The notes under the pieces were generated by a model. That model searched no databases, was not told where the DNA came from, and saw nothing but the letters and a program-made list of their open reading frames with translations. From positions 144,522,001 through 144,586,000 of the forward strand of contig NC_042999.1 of assembly GCF_006345805.1 (NCBI RefSeq): a stretch of 64,000 nt of DNA. Reading direction: 5' to 3'. This document shows, piece by piece, positions 50,086 to 62,993 of this stretch. This DNA comes from Octopus sinensis. Lineage: Eukaryota. Made by a program: the position numbers and the translations under genes. Each line of letters starts with the position of its first letter. The first letter of the stretch is position 1.

Positions 50086-51760
50086 ATCATCATCATCGTC
50101 ATTTAACGTACATTTTCCATGCTAGCATGGGTTGGATGGTTCGATCGGGGTCTGGGGAGCCAGGAGGTCGCACCAGGCTCCAGTCTGATCTAGCAGTGTT
50201 TCTACAGTTGGGTGCCCTTCCTAACGCTAACCACTCCGTGAGTGCAGTGGGTGCTTTTTATGTGCCACCGGCACAGGGGCCAGAGGAGGCTGGCAAATGG
50301 CCACGATTGGTTGGTGCTTTTACGTGTCACCGACACGTACGCCAGTCAGGCGGCGCTGGCATCTGCCACGTTCGGACGGTACTTCTTACGTGTCACCAGC
50401 ACAGGTATCTTTACTACAATTTCCATTTGGTTTTTATTTTGATGTTGGTGTTGACGTACTTGACTCAATAGGTCTCCTCAAGAACAGCGGGTCACTCTAT
50501 GATCCAAGGTTGGCACAGCAGGCTGTCCTGCGAGCCATGAACTCACTTCATTTGTCAGGTCTTCACAGTCACAGCATATCTCAGAGGTTTCGGTCTTCGT
50601 CATTTCCTCTGTGAGGCCCTATGTGCCACTGGCATGGGTATCATAGCTACAATATCCATACGATTTTTATTTTGATGTTGATGAACTTGACACAATAGGT
50701 CTCTGCAAGCACAGCAGGCCACCTGCAAACCATGAACTCACTTCATTTGTCGGGTCTTTGAAGTCACAGCATATCTCCAGAGGTCTCGGTCTTTCGTCAT
50801 AGCCTCTGTGAGACTCAACATACGAAGGTCATGCTTGACCACCTCGTCCCATGTTTTCCTGGGTCATGCTTGACCACCTCGTCCCATGTTTTCCTGGGTC
50901 GGGAGTAGCACTTCTTCACACATCTCTCCTCATCCATCCATAGTACATGACCATACCAATGCAAATGTCTCTCCTGCGCGCTTACACTCTGTCATGCATG
51001 GACACTGACATTACACATCCAGCGGATCATGCTAATTTCATTTCTTTCGAGCCTACACACATGTCCTCCGCAGTCACAGCCCATGTTTCACTGCCGTAAA
51101 GCATGGCAGTTCGCACCTATGCGTCGTACAATCTACCTTTCACTCTGAGCGAGAGACCCTTTGTTGCCAGTAGGGGAAGAAGCTTTCTAAACTTTTCCCA
51201 AGCTATTTTTTCTTATTCTAGTGGTAACACTCTCTGAGCATCCACCCCCGCTACTAACTTGGTCACCTAAGTAACTGAAACTATCAACTATTTCTTGTTT
51301 CTCCCCAGGAGTGTAATGGAATATGTTTTCTAGGTATCAATGGTGTCTATTGCCCCTATGCATCTGCCGCACACGAAAGCTATCTTCTCGGTTAATTTTC
51401 CTTTGATGTTGCTGCACCTCTTATGTGTCCATAGCTTACACTGGGTACATCTTATGGAGTTTCTGCTGACACCTTTTCTACAGATTGAGCAGGGCCACCT
51501 ACCTGAAGGGGTGTGTGGTGAGTTTGCCTTCCTACTTACTAGAACTTTGGTCTTTGCTACATTGACTCTAAGGCCTTTTGATTCTAAACCTAGCTTCCAC
51601 ACATGAAATTTCTCTTCTAGTTCCAGTAGTGATTCTGCTATGAGGGCTAGGTCATCAGCATAGATGAGCTCCCAGGGGCAACCCGTCTTGAATTCCTCTG
51701 TTATTGCCTGGAGGACTATGATGAATAGAAGGGGACTGAGGGCTGAGCCTTGGTGGACGC
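50086..51760 (-). mobile_element. RTE-clade LINE, the longest copy, including RT motifs
   Basis: Minus translation VHQGSALSPLLFIIVLQAI…ELIYADDLALIAES…GLRVNVAKTKVL (YADD at about 51652-51663), then a C4HC3 finger, an FSYLG motif, a duplicated ORF end, the motif-array UTR and an (ATG)n tail. Confidence 0.92.
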
Positions 51761-54394
51761 CAAAGCTGTTCCACTCATGAGTACTTTATCCTTTTGAATA
51801 TATTTATAAAGACATTGTCTAATATGGCCTTCGATTTAAAAAAAATTGTCTACTATTTCTAGCAGATTGAGCAACAACATAGAGGCTCCCTCATTGTTTT
51901 GTCTTAACTGTAGTTGATGGGGTAGGTAATTTGTAAATTCAAGCGAAATTCTGCTTTCACATGTTATTCTGCTTTTGCTTAACAGTGCACAACAAACTGC
52001 AGATACTAAATATCACAGTTCACTTCACAGCAAAGTTACAAGTTTTATGATTTAACCATAAAATTTGAATAGAAATTATATATTATTTTTGTCATGATGA
52101 CATAAATAAAAGATTGGAGTAAAGGGAAAAGGAGTGCTCAAATGATATAGTGAAAGATTGAATCAACTGGGACATTTTGTAAATGCTTTTTACTATAATT
52201 CTCCTGAACTTTTGGTAGTATGTTGTCTTTATGTAACTTGAAATATTGTCATTTATGTTAGAGTTGTTAGGGGTTAGAACAGACAGCAACCATGAGCTTA
52301 ATTCCTCACATACTTTGACAGTCCCTTTAAGATACACATCAGCATTAGTAGTCACTATAGTCACTAACTGATATAGTCACTCCACTTACAGTTATTCTTG
52401 CCTTCTCAACTTGAAAAAAATGAAATTTCCTTATACAAGATACTCTGTTTTTAACAAGTCTGCTTTGAATCGCATTCTGCTTAAAGTCACATTCTTTATA
52501 AACAATTTGGTGTTTAGTGTAAGCAGTCTTTCCTCTAAAGAGACTGAAAAAGTTTCCAGAAAAGAAAATATAGTCGGCATTAGATTAACATTGCTGATGC
52601 CATAGCAAAATTCAAGTGGTTTTGGTATGAAAGTTTGGTACTGATTTAATCAGTCAGTTGCTAAACATTGGCTGTGAACCACTACTTTTTCCTGTTGTTA
52701 TTGTGTCTACATAAGAGAAAATAAGCTAACTTTGAGTAACTTTTCTATAAAAGCTTCAAATATTTCCATTAACTTTTTTTTTTTCTGCTTCTTGCTTAGC
52801 ACTTCTGTGTAATGGCACCTTTATATGACTCCTACTACTGTAAAAGAGAATTATAGAATATAATAATCCTTTCATAAAGGCCAGTGCTTAACTCTGTTTT
52901 CTTAAGCAGTAAGTAAATATGACACAAATCTACTCTTGAATAGAATGCTAGTCTTTTGCAACTGTAAGAAAACCAGAAATATATAATAGAACAGTTTGAT
53001 ATTTAATACCACATTCTATTGTACAACATAATGAGAAAGATAATATTACAGATGAGTGAATTGGAATACCTGAGTGAAGATGGCAGAAGACCAGATGGGT
53101 GGGGGTGGGTTTCAATATTTTCTGCCCTGAAGAAACGGGCTAGTTTTTGGGATCCTATACTAGCTATGTTAAGGGCATGTTTTTACCAGAAATGATCCTA
53201 GGTGATAGTGAGGCCTCTAGTTGCATGCTGCTTATGTTTAGTGGAGTAATATATATATATATTTGGAACACACATAAAGCACTTAGGGTTATCAGTCCAC
53301 ATTCAGGTGGAAATACTCTGGCTGGGTTGGGCCAGAGCACCACCACAATTCTGATCTTCCACCATTCGTCATACTGAGTTCTGGTACAAGATCTCGTGAA
53401 TATTTTCTCTGAGGTAGGTAGCTTTGGAATATCCCATGCTTAGGTTCTCTTTCTTTCATAATATACTCATAAACCCATAGTGAACACTTTACTAACACAA
53501 TGCCATTTGCATGTTTAAAAGAGCCTTCAGAAAATATTTTATCTAGAAATTCACAAAATGACTTGATGTGTGTGTGCGTGTGCATAGTTTTCATAAGCCT
53601 TCTCATACATTTTCATCACCTTTTGTTGGAATTCACATTTTCTTTTAAGGTTTTCCTTCTCTTTTTACCTCTTATAATTTCAGTAATATTTTTTTTCTTC
53701 TTCTCCTTGCTCATTGTAAGAAAATGGAGTGGTGCTTCAGTCAAAAAATAGGGTACCTGCTCACTTGTTTCCAGGACCAGGTAAAAGATGACCTCCATTT
53801 CCAAAGTTGTAACTGATGGAAACTGAGTCTCCTGTTGATCTTCAGACTCAGCTGCTCATCACTGTTTACTTCTCTTTTCTGCTTTCCTAATCTTTCCAGT
53901 TCTTCAAAATAAAAGACCCTTGAGTAGTTTTTACTTACATAACAACTAAGTCTTTTGTCCCACACCATCAGTTTCATACCCTTTATCTTGGCACCCTTAA
54001 CTTCATATTGCTCTAGTGTGGCCTTGTGGCCTTCAGAAGTCATTAAGACTTGCATATCCATCTTGACTGTCTCCTGACCACATGTCACCCCTGTGCCAAC
54101 CACCTACACATACTATGATACAAAGGTGATGACCAGCCACAGATTCATACCATTTCCAGCAGCCTTGATCATCACTCTTGTATTTTACCAGCTCGGAATA
54201 TTGAAGCACATGTGTACAGACAGAAGTATGTCTGACTATTTCAACCTGTGCTTTGGCAGTTTACCATCCTGAAAGTATGGCAGACAGTACCATAAGCCTT
54301 AACCTGCTTATTCAATGGAATATCTTCCAGTATTTTGTATAATGCTTCTTCTGACTATTGTTTTGAAAGATGATGATGGTGATGATGATAATGA

Positions 54395-56270
54395 TAATAA
54401 TAATATCGGCACAATTTCAGGGGAGGGGTTAAGTCAATTAAATTGACCCCAGTGCTCAACTGGTGCTTATTTTATCCAAAAGGATCAAAGGCAAAGTTGA
54501 CCTCAGCAGAATTTTGATAATAATAATAAAAGTCCTTTCTACTAAAGGCACAAGGCCTGAAATTTGGGAGGAGGGGACGTCAATTATATCGACCCCAAAA
54601 GGATGAAAGGCAAAGTCAACCTCAGTGGAATTTGAACTCAGGTTGTAAAGATGGACGAAATACCTCTAAGAATTTTGCCCAGTATGCTAATGATTCTGCC
54701 AGATTACCACCTTATTATAAAAATGATGATGATGGTTTTAACATAGGTATAAAGCTTGAAGTTTGGAGGAACGGGATTAGTCAATGAAATCAGCCTCTGG
54801 ACTGAATTTACACTTTACTTTATCAATCCCAAAAGGATGAAAGACAACGCTGACCTCAGTAAAGTTTGATGATGATGACACTGACAATGAATTCTTGTCT
54901 TTGCCACAAGAGTATCAGATGGAAAGGATAATTCAAAGACATTACGTAATGTGTGGTGTTTAACAGAGAAATCAAATGAGAAAAATAAAGGTACACATAC
55001 TATACAAATAGCTGATGACGCCATCCTTCTTATTGAGGAGAACCTCTAATTATGATTAATCAAAGAACCCCACAAATCCAAGACAACCCTGACCACCAAA
55101 GCAAGTGGTCTCTCCCAAATGTCATCTAACATTCTAAGATTAGATCCAGTGTCATCATTCACCTTCCTTTCAGTAAATTTATTGGAGGAAAACACCTCTC
55201 TTTCCACCTACCACCTTCCTTTCTGAATGGAACTTGAAAAAGTCAGTGAAAATGTCTATCTTCAATCCTTTCAAACTCATTTGCCCCACAACCTCTTTTG
55301 CCACAAGACAGAGGAAAACTGCTTGCATTTTCCAGCTAAAAGAGGGTGGAAGAGTGCTCTTCACAATGAACAGACAACAGCTGCTAAACATAATTCTGCA
55401 AGTCAGAAATACCAGGACACTGAACAAGTGCACATAGAACAGTAATAATGTTTTCTTACATAGGCACAAGGCATCAAATTTGGGGAAGGGAACAGTTTAT
55501 TGTATTCAACCCAGTACTTGGCTAGCTCTTTATTTTATCATACTTAGAAATTTTAAAAGCAAATTTACTGTAGTAGTAGTAGTAGTGGTAGTGTTGGTGC
55601 CTACACCACCAGAAATTTGGTGGAGGTGAGGAATTGCTTATATTGATCTTAATGAGATCTGAACTCAGAACATGCAGCTAATATTGAAAGGCATTATTTA
55701 GGCATGTTTCTGGCTCAAAACCACAAATTTGTAGTGGTGGGCTATAGCCAATAGTATCGATTTTTGTTTATTATTGGTTCTTATTTCATATCAACATACC
55801 CCAGGAAGAATTAAATATAAAATTAGCACCAATGAATTGAGAAATGAAATCAAAATACAGGTTGGTATGTAATAATAATATCCTTTCTACCATATAAGCA
55901 CAAGGCCTGAAATTTTAGGAAAGTGAGTAATCGATTACATCTACCCTAGTGCTCCAGTGATACTTATTTCATTAACCCTGAAAAGATGAAAGGCTAAGGT
56001 CAACCTGGGTGGAATTTGAACTCAGAACGAAAAACCAGAAGAAATGCCACTAAGCATTTCGTCTAGCATGCTAGCAATCCTGCTGACTATTTTGAGGGTG
56101 GGGAGCAAGTCAATACCTTTGGCTTCAGTATTTGACTGGTACTTTATTTTAATTGACTCAGGGTGTATGAGAGGCAAAAGTTGACCTCAGTGGGATTTGA
56201 ATTAAGACATATAGAGCCAAAGTAAATACCACAAGGCATTTTATCCTGTGCCCTAACAATTCTGCCAGTC
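54395..56270 (-). mobile_element. Cluster of ~8 co-oriented SINE family A copies and fragments
   Basis: Repeated AGGCACAAGGCCTGAAATTT, GACCCCAGT…TACTTATTTTAT and GGCAAAGTYRACCTC…ATTTGAACTCAG modules at about 54410, 54530, 54740, 55450, 55610, 55720, 55875 and 56090. Confidence 0.75.
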
Positions 56271-56631
56271 CTGTTTCTTAAAACTTTCATTTCAGCTATT
56301 TATTTGAAATACTTTTAATCACTTTCTCCATCATCATCATCATCGTCATCGTGTGTGTGTGTGTGTGTCTCCTCCTCTCTCTTTCTCTCCACCCCTCCAT
56401 GCCCTGTCTCCATCCATGCCATTCATTTGCAAAAAGTTCATAATTTAAGTGTAATTCTTTTAACATAGGTGAATGGCAGTGGTGGTGGAAGAGAGAGGGT
56501 ACTACAAACACTTTGAGCATAGAAGAATCAGAATATTTCAAGAATTTTGTTCACAGGGTAGTATCAATAACCTGGGGTACCTATCCACCACTACCACCCC
56601 ACCATCACTACTACTACTATTACTGGCTTAC

Positions 56632-56812
56632 TGCTGAAAACTATGAGGGGTAAACTCCCGGAATGCAGTCTGCTACTAGGGTTCTATTTGATTCCTGTCT
56701 GTAGGCATTTCTCTTCACTTCTCAGACTTTCTAGAAAAAGTATAAACATCCCAATATCTCATTTCTGTTTCTCTTCTAAAGCACCGTGGCCTATACGGCT
56801 AAGTGTTCAAAT
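56632..56812 (-). other. Candidate non-coding (5' UTR) exon
   Basis: Acceptor TATGTCTTTAAACAG|, donor GCA|GTAAGC, unique CpG-retaining sequence, and stops in all frames. Confidence 0.3.
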
Positions 56813-57491
56813 CTGTTTAAAGACATAGTAAATTATAGTAAATAAATAAAGCCTGAAGAAGACTACTATAGATATTATCAACATTATCAACAAACTGTCA
56901 TCACTGCCAAACATAGATGAAAGAGCAAGTTTTAAGAGTTATTGTTTATCTTACTTAGACCTCGCTGAGCAGATCTATGAGCAAAGACATTCCAACCATG
57001 ACCCTCTCATCTATGTATCAGTAACTAAAATGTCCGGTGTCTTTTTTTGATTTTAGACTATTGAATATGATTTGAGAAAGTTTTAGCTGCCATTTCTAGC
57101 ACGATAAACAACCACTTAAAGGCCTCCCTCATTGAAGAAATTGTCCAGAGTGGCTAGTAGATTCTTGTCTAATTAATAGATTTCAAAGCGAAAGTGTTTA
57201 AGCAGTAACTTGTCTGTGGCTACAAGAATCCATTCACAAGAACAATCCAGGGCTTTGTTTTTTATGGTATAGGAATTTTTTTTTATCTCACTGCATTCCT
57301 ACATATTCAGCTACATGTGTTGGGCAGGATGGGGGAAGACAGACAGACATAAATTGATTGATTTAGAGATGGATTTCTGTGTTGATTTCATACTGTTTGT
57401 TTTGTTTACTTTATATTATGATGTTGTTTTTACAGTTTCATTATCTGTTTGTTGTTTTTTTAAGCTGCAGAATTATAAAAACACAACTTAC

Positions 57492-57532
57492 CATCGTTAA
57501 GAAATCTTAGAGTTTTCCAAAACTTATTTGAC
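57492..57532 (-). other. Candidate short exon or 3' end of a first exon
   Basis: Consensus donor ATG|GTAAGT and a possible acceptor TTCAAACAG|. It lies downstream (minus strand) of a long GA-rich tract at 57650-58500. Confidence 0.25.
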
Positions 57533-59684
57533 CTGTTTGAATTTGTGGTATAATCCCATTGATAATGTCCTGCTATTTGGAGTTGAGGAACTGACTTGTG
57601 TTGTTGTTGTTGTTTCAACAGTCAGAATTTGGTAACTAATTACTGCTGGTGTTTTACCTTCCTCTCAACCTTCTCTTTCTCTCCTCTCACTCATTCTATT
57701 TCATTTCACTCCTCTCTCTTTCTATCTTTGTATCTTTTGTCGTTCCCCTTCTTAATCTCTTCACTATTTCATATCACTTCTCATTTTATCTCTCTCTCTT
57801 TATCTAACATTCTATCTATCTACTCTATCCTCTTCAAAAGGTGATTGTGGACTTCCATTAATGAAGGCTAAAAAGGCCAACCATCCAACTCATTTCTAAG
57901 GCAGAAAGTTTTTACCAGTTACAATATAGCTTCCTTTCCACCCTGAGAGAAAGAGAGTAAAAAGCCATTTATTTATATGTTTATCTCTCCCCCTCCTCCT
58001 CACTTGTATCCTATCTCTCTCCTCCCACTACACCAGCACTTCTGCCCCTGTGCTACCATTTCTGTCTTCTGCTATTTTATTGTAGCTTCTTCCTATCTAC
58101 TTCTTCAACTTTTAGCTTGTTTGACTTCTTTCTCTTCATCTTGTTCTTCTAATTTCTACTGTCTTTCTCTTCTTCCTCTAGCCTTTCTTTTTTTTTCTCT
58201 TTTGACTTTTCTTTTATCTCAATGTTCTTTTTTCTTTTTGCATTTATTTCTCTTGCTCTAAATTTCTTCTACAGGTTTTCTTTTCTCCTTTCTTTCTCCT
58301 TTACTTGCAGTTTCTTTTCCTCTTCTAATTTCTTCTTTAAGTTTCTTTCAGCCTCTGTCTTCTTTTTCTCTTTTCACTCTTCTGAAACCACCCTAGCTAT
58401 GCTGCTTCCTGCAAACAACTGCTGATTATAATGGTATTTCATTTCAACCACTGACGCCACTACTTTCTTTTCTTTCTTCTCTCTTTATTTTTTTTTTTTT
58501 TTTTTCTCTGTGGGAACAAGAGCATGGGACTGGTGTTAAAATTGAAGTAGCCAAAATCTATCACCATCATCATTCCATTACCTAACCCTCCTCCACTACA
58601 CTGCTATTACCCCACCCCCTCCATTGCTTCTAACAATATCAGTAGCAACACTAAGGCACAACTATCCTTTCCTCCCTTACCCACCTCCTAATAGTCAGGG
58701 AAACAGTTCTTGCTTCCTTATATGGGACATCATCTTTAGGGCAGCCCTGGCACTAACTGCTCTACTATCAAAACTATTTCTATCATCGTCATCATCACTG
58801 TCATAACTAATTACTGCCATCACCATCAGTGATTCCATTATTATTGTAACTAGCAACTTGCTAACAACTTCTCTGTCAACACCATTACTTTACCCACCAC
58901 CACCATGTATAGATAAGTGAGTGAATGAGAGAGAGAGAGAGTGTGTGTGTGTGTGTGTGTGTGTGATTGTTACATTGTTACTAGATTGAAGGTGAGTGAG
59001 AAGATCAAAAACAAATGAACAAGGGAGGTGGTTGGAGCCAGTGAATGAAGAGAGAGAGTTATAGAAAGAGATAATTTGGGAGAGAATGTGTGTGTGTGGA
59101 AGAGGATGAAATTTGGGGGTATGAGGTCAGGAGGAAACCAGGAAGTTACACATTGGTGCTGTTGTGAATTCCAGCAGTTTATAATGCCAAGGTAAAGAAG
59201 GTTGTGATAGTGGCAGTGGTGGTACTTGTGTTAGTCTCTCATTCTTTTATATTTCCTTTATTAACACAATTGTAAATGTACAGCAAAATTGAGGTTGCAG
59301 TTGTGATTTACCTGTAGGGTGGGGCTACTTGAACACATTACTGCCTTGCTCCAGTATACACACACACACACACACACAATAAGTAGGACTTCTATTTTGT
59401 TATTCAGTCTGATCAGTTTAGCATGTTTGCATACAGCTGTACATGTATAGTGAAAATGCCTTGTTGCCAAGGAAGGTTTTTAAACTTGGTTGGTGCAGGA
59501 GGAGTTCAACATGGAAAGAACTGATGAAGCTCACCAACAATTGCACACACAACCAGAGTCCAGATCCAGTGGCAAAGTAAGCCAATGGAGAATCTGGTCT
59601 GAGACTGAGTGACTTCACCAAACTGTCAAGAAGAGCACTGCAAGCTAACCAACCACTTATGAACCAATAAGGGACTCTCTGCAT

Positions 59685-60052
59685 CAGTAGTTCTCAACCA
59701 GGACCCATATAAGAGTTTGGAGGCTCCACACAAGCAAAATTAATAAATTGGGGACCTACAGTAGTATGTTATGGGTCCATGAAAAAAACTTTGCTTTAGA
59801 TGTATTTATTGCAAGAAACAGCTACATTTCTTTCTCTAATGTTTTACAAATTAAACATGTTTCCAACCATTGAAACATGTTCTCTTATTGAGTTCTATTG
59901 CAAACCTATACAAGTTAATGGGTGAAAAATAAAATGGGAATTTTGAAAGAAGTAAACCAGTTTTTAAACAGTGAATGACTATGGGGTTCCACCAGAATAA
60001 AATGGGAATCAAAGGGGTCCATAGGTGAAAAAACAATGGTTGAGAACCACTA
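59685..60052. mobile_element. hAT (Charlie-like) MITE
   Basis: TIRs CAGTAGTTCTCAACCA / TGGTTGAGAACCACTA. The flanking 8-mers CTCTGCAT and CGCTACCT match at 5/8, consistent with a decayed 8-bp TSD. Confidence 0.8.
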
Positions 60053-61233
60053 CGCTACCTGGTTGAGCAAGGAAGGACATTGGATAAAATAGTGAAGTCT
60101 GCTCAATGGGGCTGTTGTGGAGTGAGCTTAACAACTATTCACTTGTAACTTGTGAATAAGTTTGACAGTTGAAATAACCATGACATTTGAACTGATCTAA
60201 CACTGAGAACTGTCAGTGGCTTGGAGTTTACATATATTATATCATTCACACACTACCATGTGTGAATAATATTCTTATGGTCAACATTTACTCACTCACA
60301 ACCACTACTAGGCTTTATCACTAACTCAGTTTTTAACCAAATTAGATGAGGTTTACATTTTTAGATTGGTCACATCATAAGTTACATTTCCATCTACAAA
60401 ATTTGAAAATTGCTTGCGTAGAAAAAAGTTTCAGTAAAATATATGAGGTCAAAAACAGGAGAGTAACTCCTGAAATCAACTTTGAGTCCTTTTTTTTTTT
60501 TTCTTTCTTTTTTTTTTTTTCAAAAAAATCTATGCCTTACGATGGGATGCATTGGGTATTTTTGCATTTTTAAAAATTTTATATTAGCCATGGCTTTACT
60601 ATTCATATGATCAGATTCTCTTCTTATTATATAGTTGATATATTCTAATATCTCTTCTTACTAGCTCTTCTTACTATATATAGATATAGCTCATTTATTT
60701 CTTGATTTTATGATAAATTTAGTATTACATTAATATAGAAAATTATTTTTCACAATTATAATTACATTTCTCATTATCCTAAAAAATTATTAATTTTAAA
60801 GGAAATAAATATGCAGGCAGGTTTCATTTAATTCAAATTTTTTTAACAAAAGAATATTTAATAGTTTTATTACATTGCCTGGAAAAAGAGTAGCTTACAA
60901 TAAAAGATGCTGGAGCATGCATGTTAATGTTCTTAAGTTATTATACTTGGAAAAGTATAGAACAAGATTTCTACAGTAGAATTTGCCTAATTCGTCACAT
61001 TTAAAGGAAACTAAAAAGTACTTAAAATTAAAATTCTACTGTACTTTAAATATTGCAGTCGAGAATAATGTTTTAAAAATTATTAATGTACATTATATTA
61101 GATAAATTTGAGATAATTTATTTTATTTATTATGAGAATCTAAAAAACAAGTAAATCTTTAAAAACATGGTACAAAAATAATCAAAAATAAATTTAAATA
61201 AAAAATTTTTTTTAAATCATGTTTTTTGAAATA

Positions 61234-62461
61234 CCGTAAAAACCCATTAATTTACATGCTTTTTGGGGGCAAAAATAAAAATGAAATTTAGGGGTTGCAT
61301 AAATTACATGAGTAGATCTTTTCCAGAATTTTTTTTTTTTTTTTTTTTTGCAAAAAGATGTACAAAACGTAAACATTTGTACCAGAAGTTGAATCATTTA
61401 ATGTCAGAAAAGGTTTTTACAGAAAAAAATAATGGCTTAAATATAATGAAATTGACTTTTATTTAAGCTGAACAGTATAATGCTTACTTTTTCTGTATAA
61501 ATTTACTATAACCATTAAATGGTTAACTACTTTTTGAAGTATGACATTCATGCTGGTAATCACGGCCCAGGCCATATTTTACATTGCTTGGAGTTTCTAC
61601 CTATCGCAATGGAGCACCATTGACATACATAGTGATATGGATATTCCTGACTGAAAAAAATGTAATGATAAGGATAATTTTGATTGTATGTTTTTATTTT
61701 TGTCTGTTTATAACTCGGTACAGTTTTAAGTTTGTCTTACCATTTACCCTAATTTCAAACATTGGCTTCATTAACATTAAAATGCCTTCCAGCAGCTTTA
61801 TTGCCACGTTCAAATGTATATTCAACATAATTAATTTCTCCACAGCAAACAATTCATAAGTTCAGCCCATACTGACAATAATGGTAATGACAAATTTTTA
61901 AGTTTGCTTGACATTTTATAATTGTGAAAGGGATTTGAATTTCGATATTCTGTTTACATAATCAGTTTGATCAGTCACCTTCCTCTGTCGGTTGAGTAAA
62001 GTGTCATCCAAGCTGATGTTTATTGGTAATTCAACTTAATTTGCAACACCTGTGCATATTTATCAGCTTTGTTTTTGTTGGTAATTCTTATTAACAACTT
62101 TTCCTGTGATTGTGATTTGAGAAGACATACAGCAGTATGCTAAAGATCAGACATAATCTCATGTGGGCAAGAAATGTAAATAAAGTTTATTGTAAACAAC
62201 ATAAACACTTTGTAATTAAATAGCTTTCAATGTGATACCTGTTAAACAAATTATTTTTATTTAATAAAATCTAATTATAAGTAAGTGAAATTATGCTAAA
62301 TACAACTAAATTGAAAATCTTTTTTCCCTGGCTATATCGGCAATTCTGAAAACTTATGGGTGCAAATTTTACATGAGTAGAAGCTTTTTTTTAACAAATT
62401 TTATCCTGAAAAATCACCTGCGTAAATTAGACAGGTGTGCAGATTACATGAATTTTTACAG
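61234..62461 (-). mobile_element. pogo/Tc2-like DNA transposon remnant with a Brinker-type HTH
   Basis: TA-CCGTAAAAACCCAT…/…CATGAATTTTTACAG-TA termini. Minus-strand ~61725-61830 reads YVEYTFERGNKAAGRHFNVNEANV*N*GKW*DKLK, matching the pogo N-terminal motif (GNRAAGR.F.V.E..VR.W). Confidence 0.78.
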
Positions 62462-62709
62462 TATACAATTAAAATAGTCAAGTACAAACAATAAAATATG
62501 AAATTGTAAATAATATTACACAAGATGTTTTTTTCTCACTTGAATTGAAATCTCATTACAAAAACAAAAAAAAATCATTGATTGCAGTAGAATGGTCATT
62601 AAATGGTTTCAGATCAACTATATGCTCAGTCAATTCTTCCATGTTAAAAAAGAAAAAAATTAATCCGACAAATAAATCATAAGTAAAATTTATTAGTTAG
62701 CATTAATAA

Positions 62710-62795
62710 AGTAGAATTAGCCTAATTCATTACTTCACCTAATTCGTCACTTTCAATTTTCTCTTAGGGATGACTAATTAGGCGAATTCTACTGT
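62710..62795. mobile_element. Tigger-like mini-MITE
   Basis: AGTAGAATTAGCCTAATTC … ACTAATTAGGCGAATTCTACTG-TA. The same TIR appears at 60974 and 63117. Confidence 0.65.
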
Positions 62796-62836
62796 ATTTT
62801 TTAAAATTAATTTTATTTTATTTCATTTTTAAAATA

Positions 62837-62993
62837 CTGCTTTTTCCAAAAATAAGCCCATGAGCTTAAATACAGACTTAAATAATTTTTTTCCTGTAAA
62901 TAATAAAAATTACTAGGGCTATACATGAAAAGGTTTTCTGAATATAAGCCCATATGCTTAAAATCGGATGGACTTATTTTTGGAAAAACCCAG
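62837..62993. mobile_element. Tc2/pogo-type MITE
   Basis: TA-CTGCTTTTTCCAAAAATAAGCCC … GGACTTATTTTTGGAAAAACCCAG-TA. Confidence 0.75.

Noticed and set aside
53115-53140. CTGAAGA/CTGATGA hammerhead core hits (also ~56853 and 59521)
   Set aside because: No correctly placed stem II and GAAA follow them.
53300-54360. ORFs 53292-53606 and 53741-54103, possibly a LINE ORF1/gag remnant or host exons
   Set aside because: No recognisable intact motif and no convincing splice borders.
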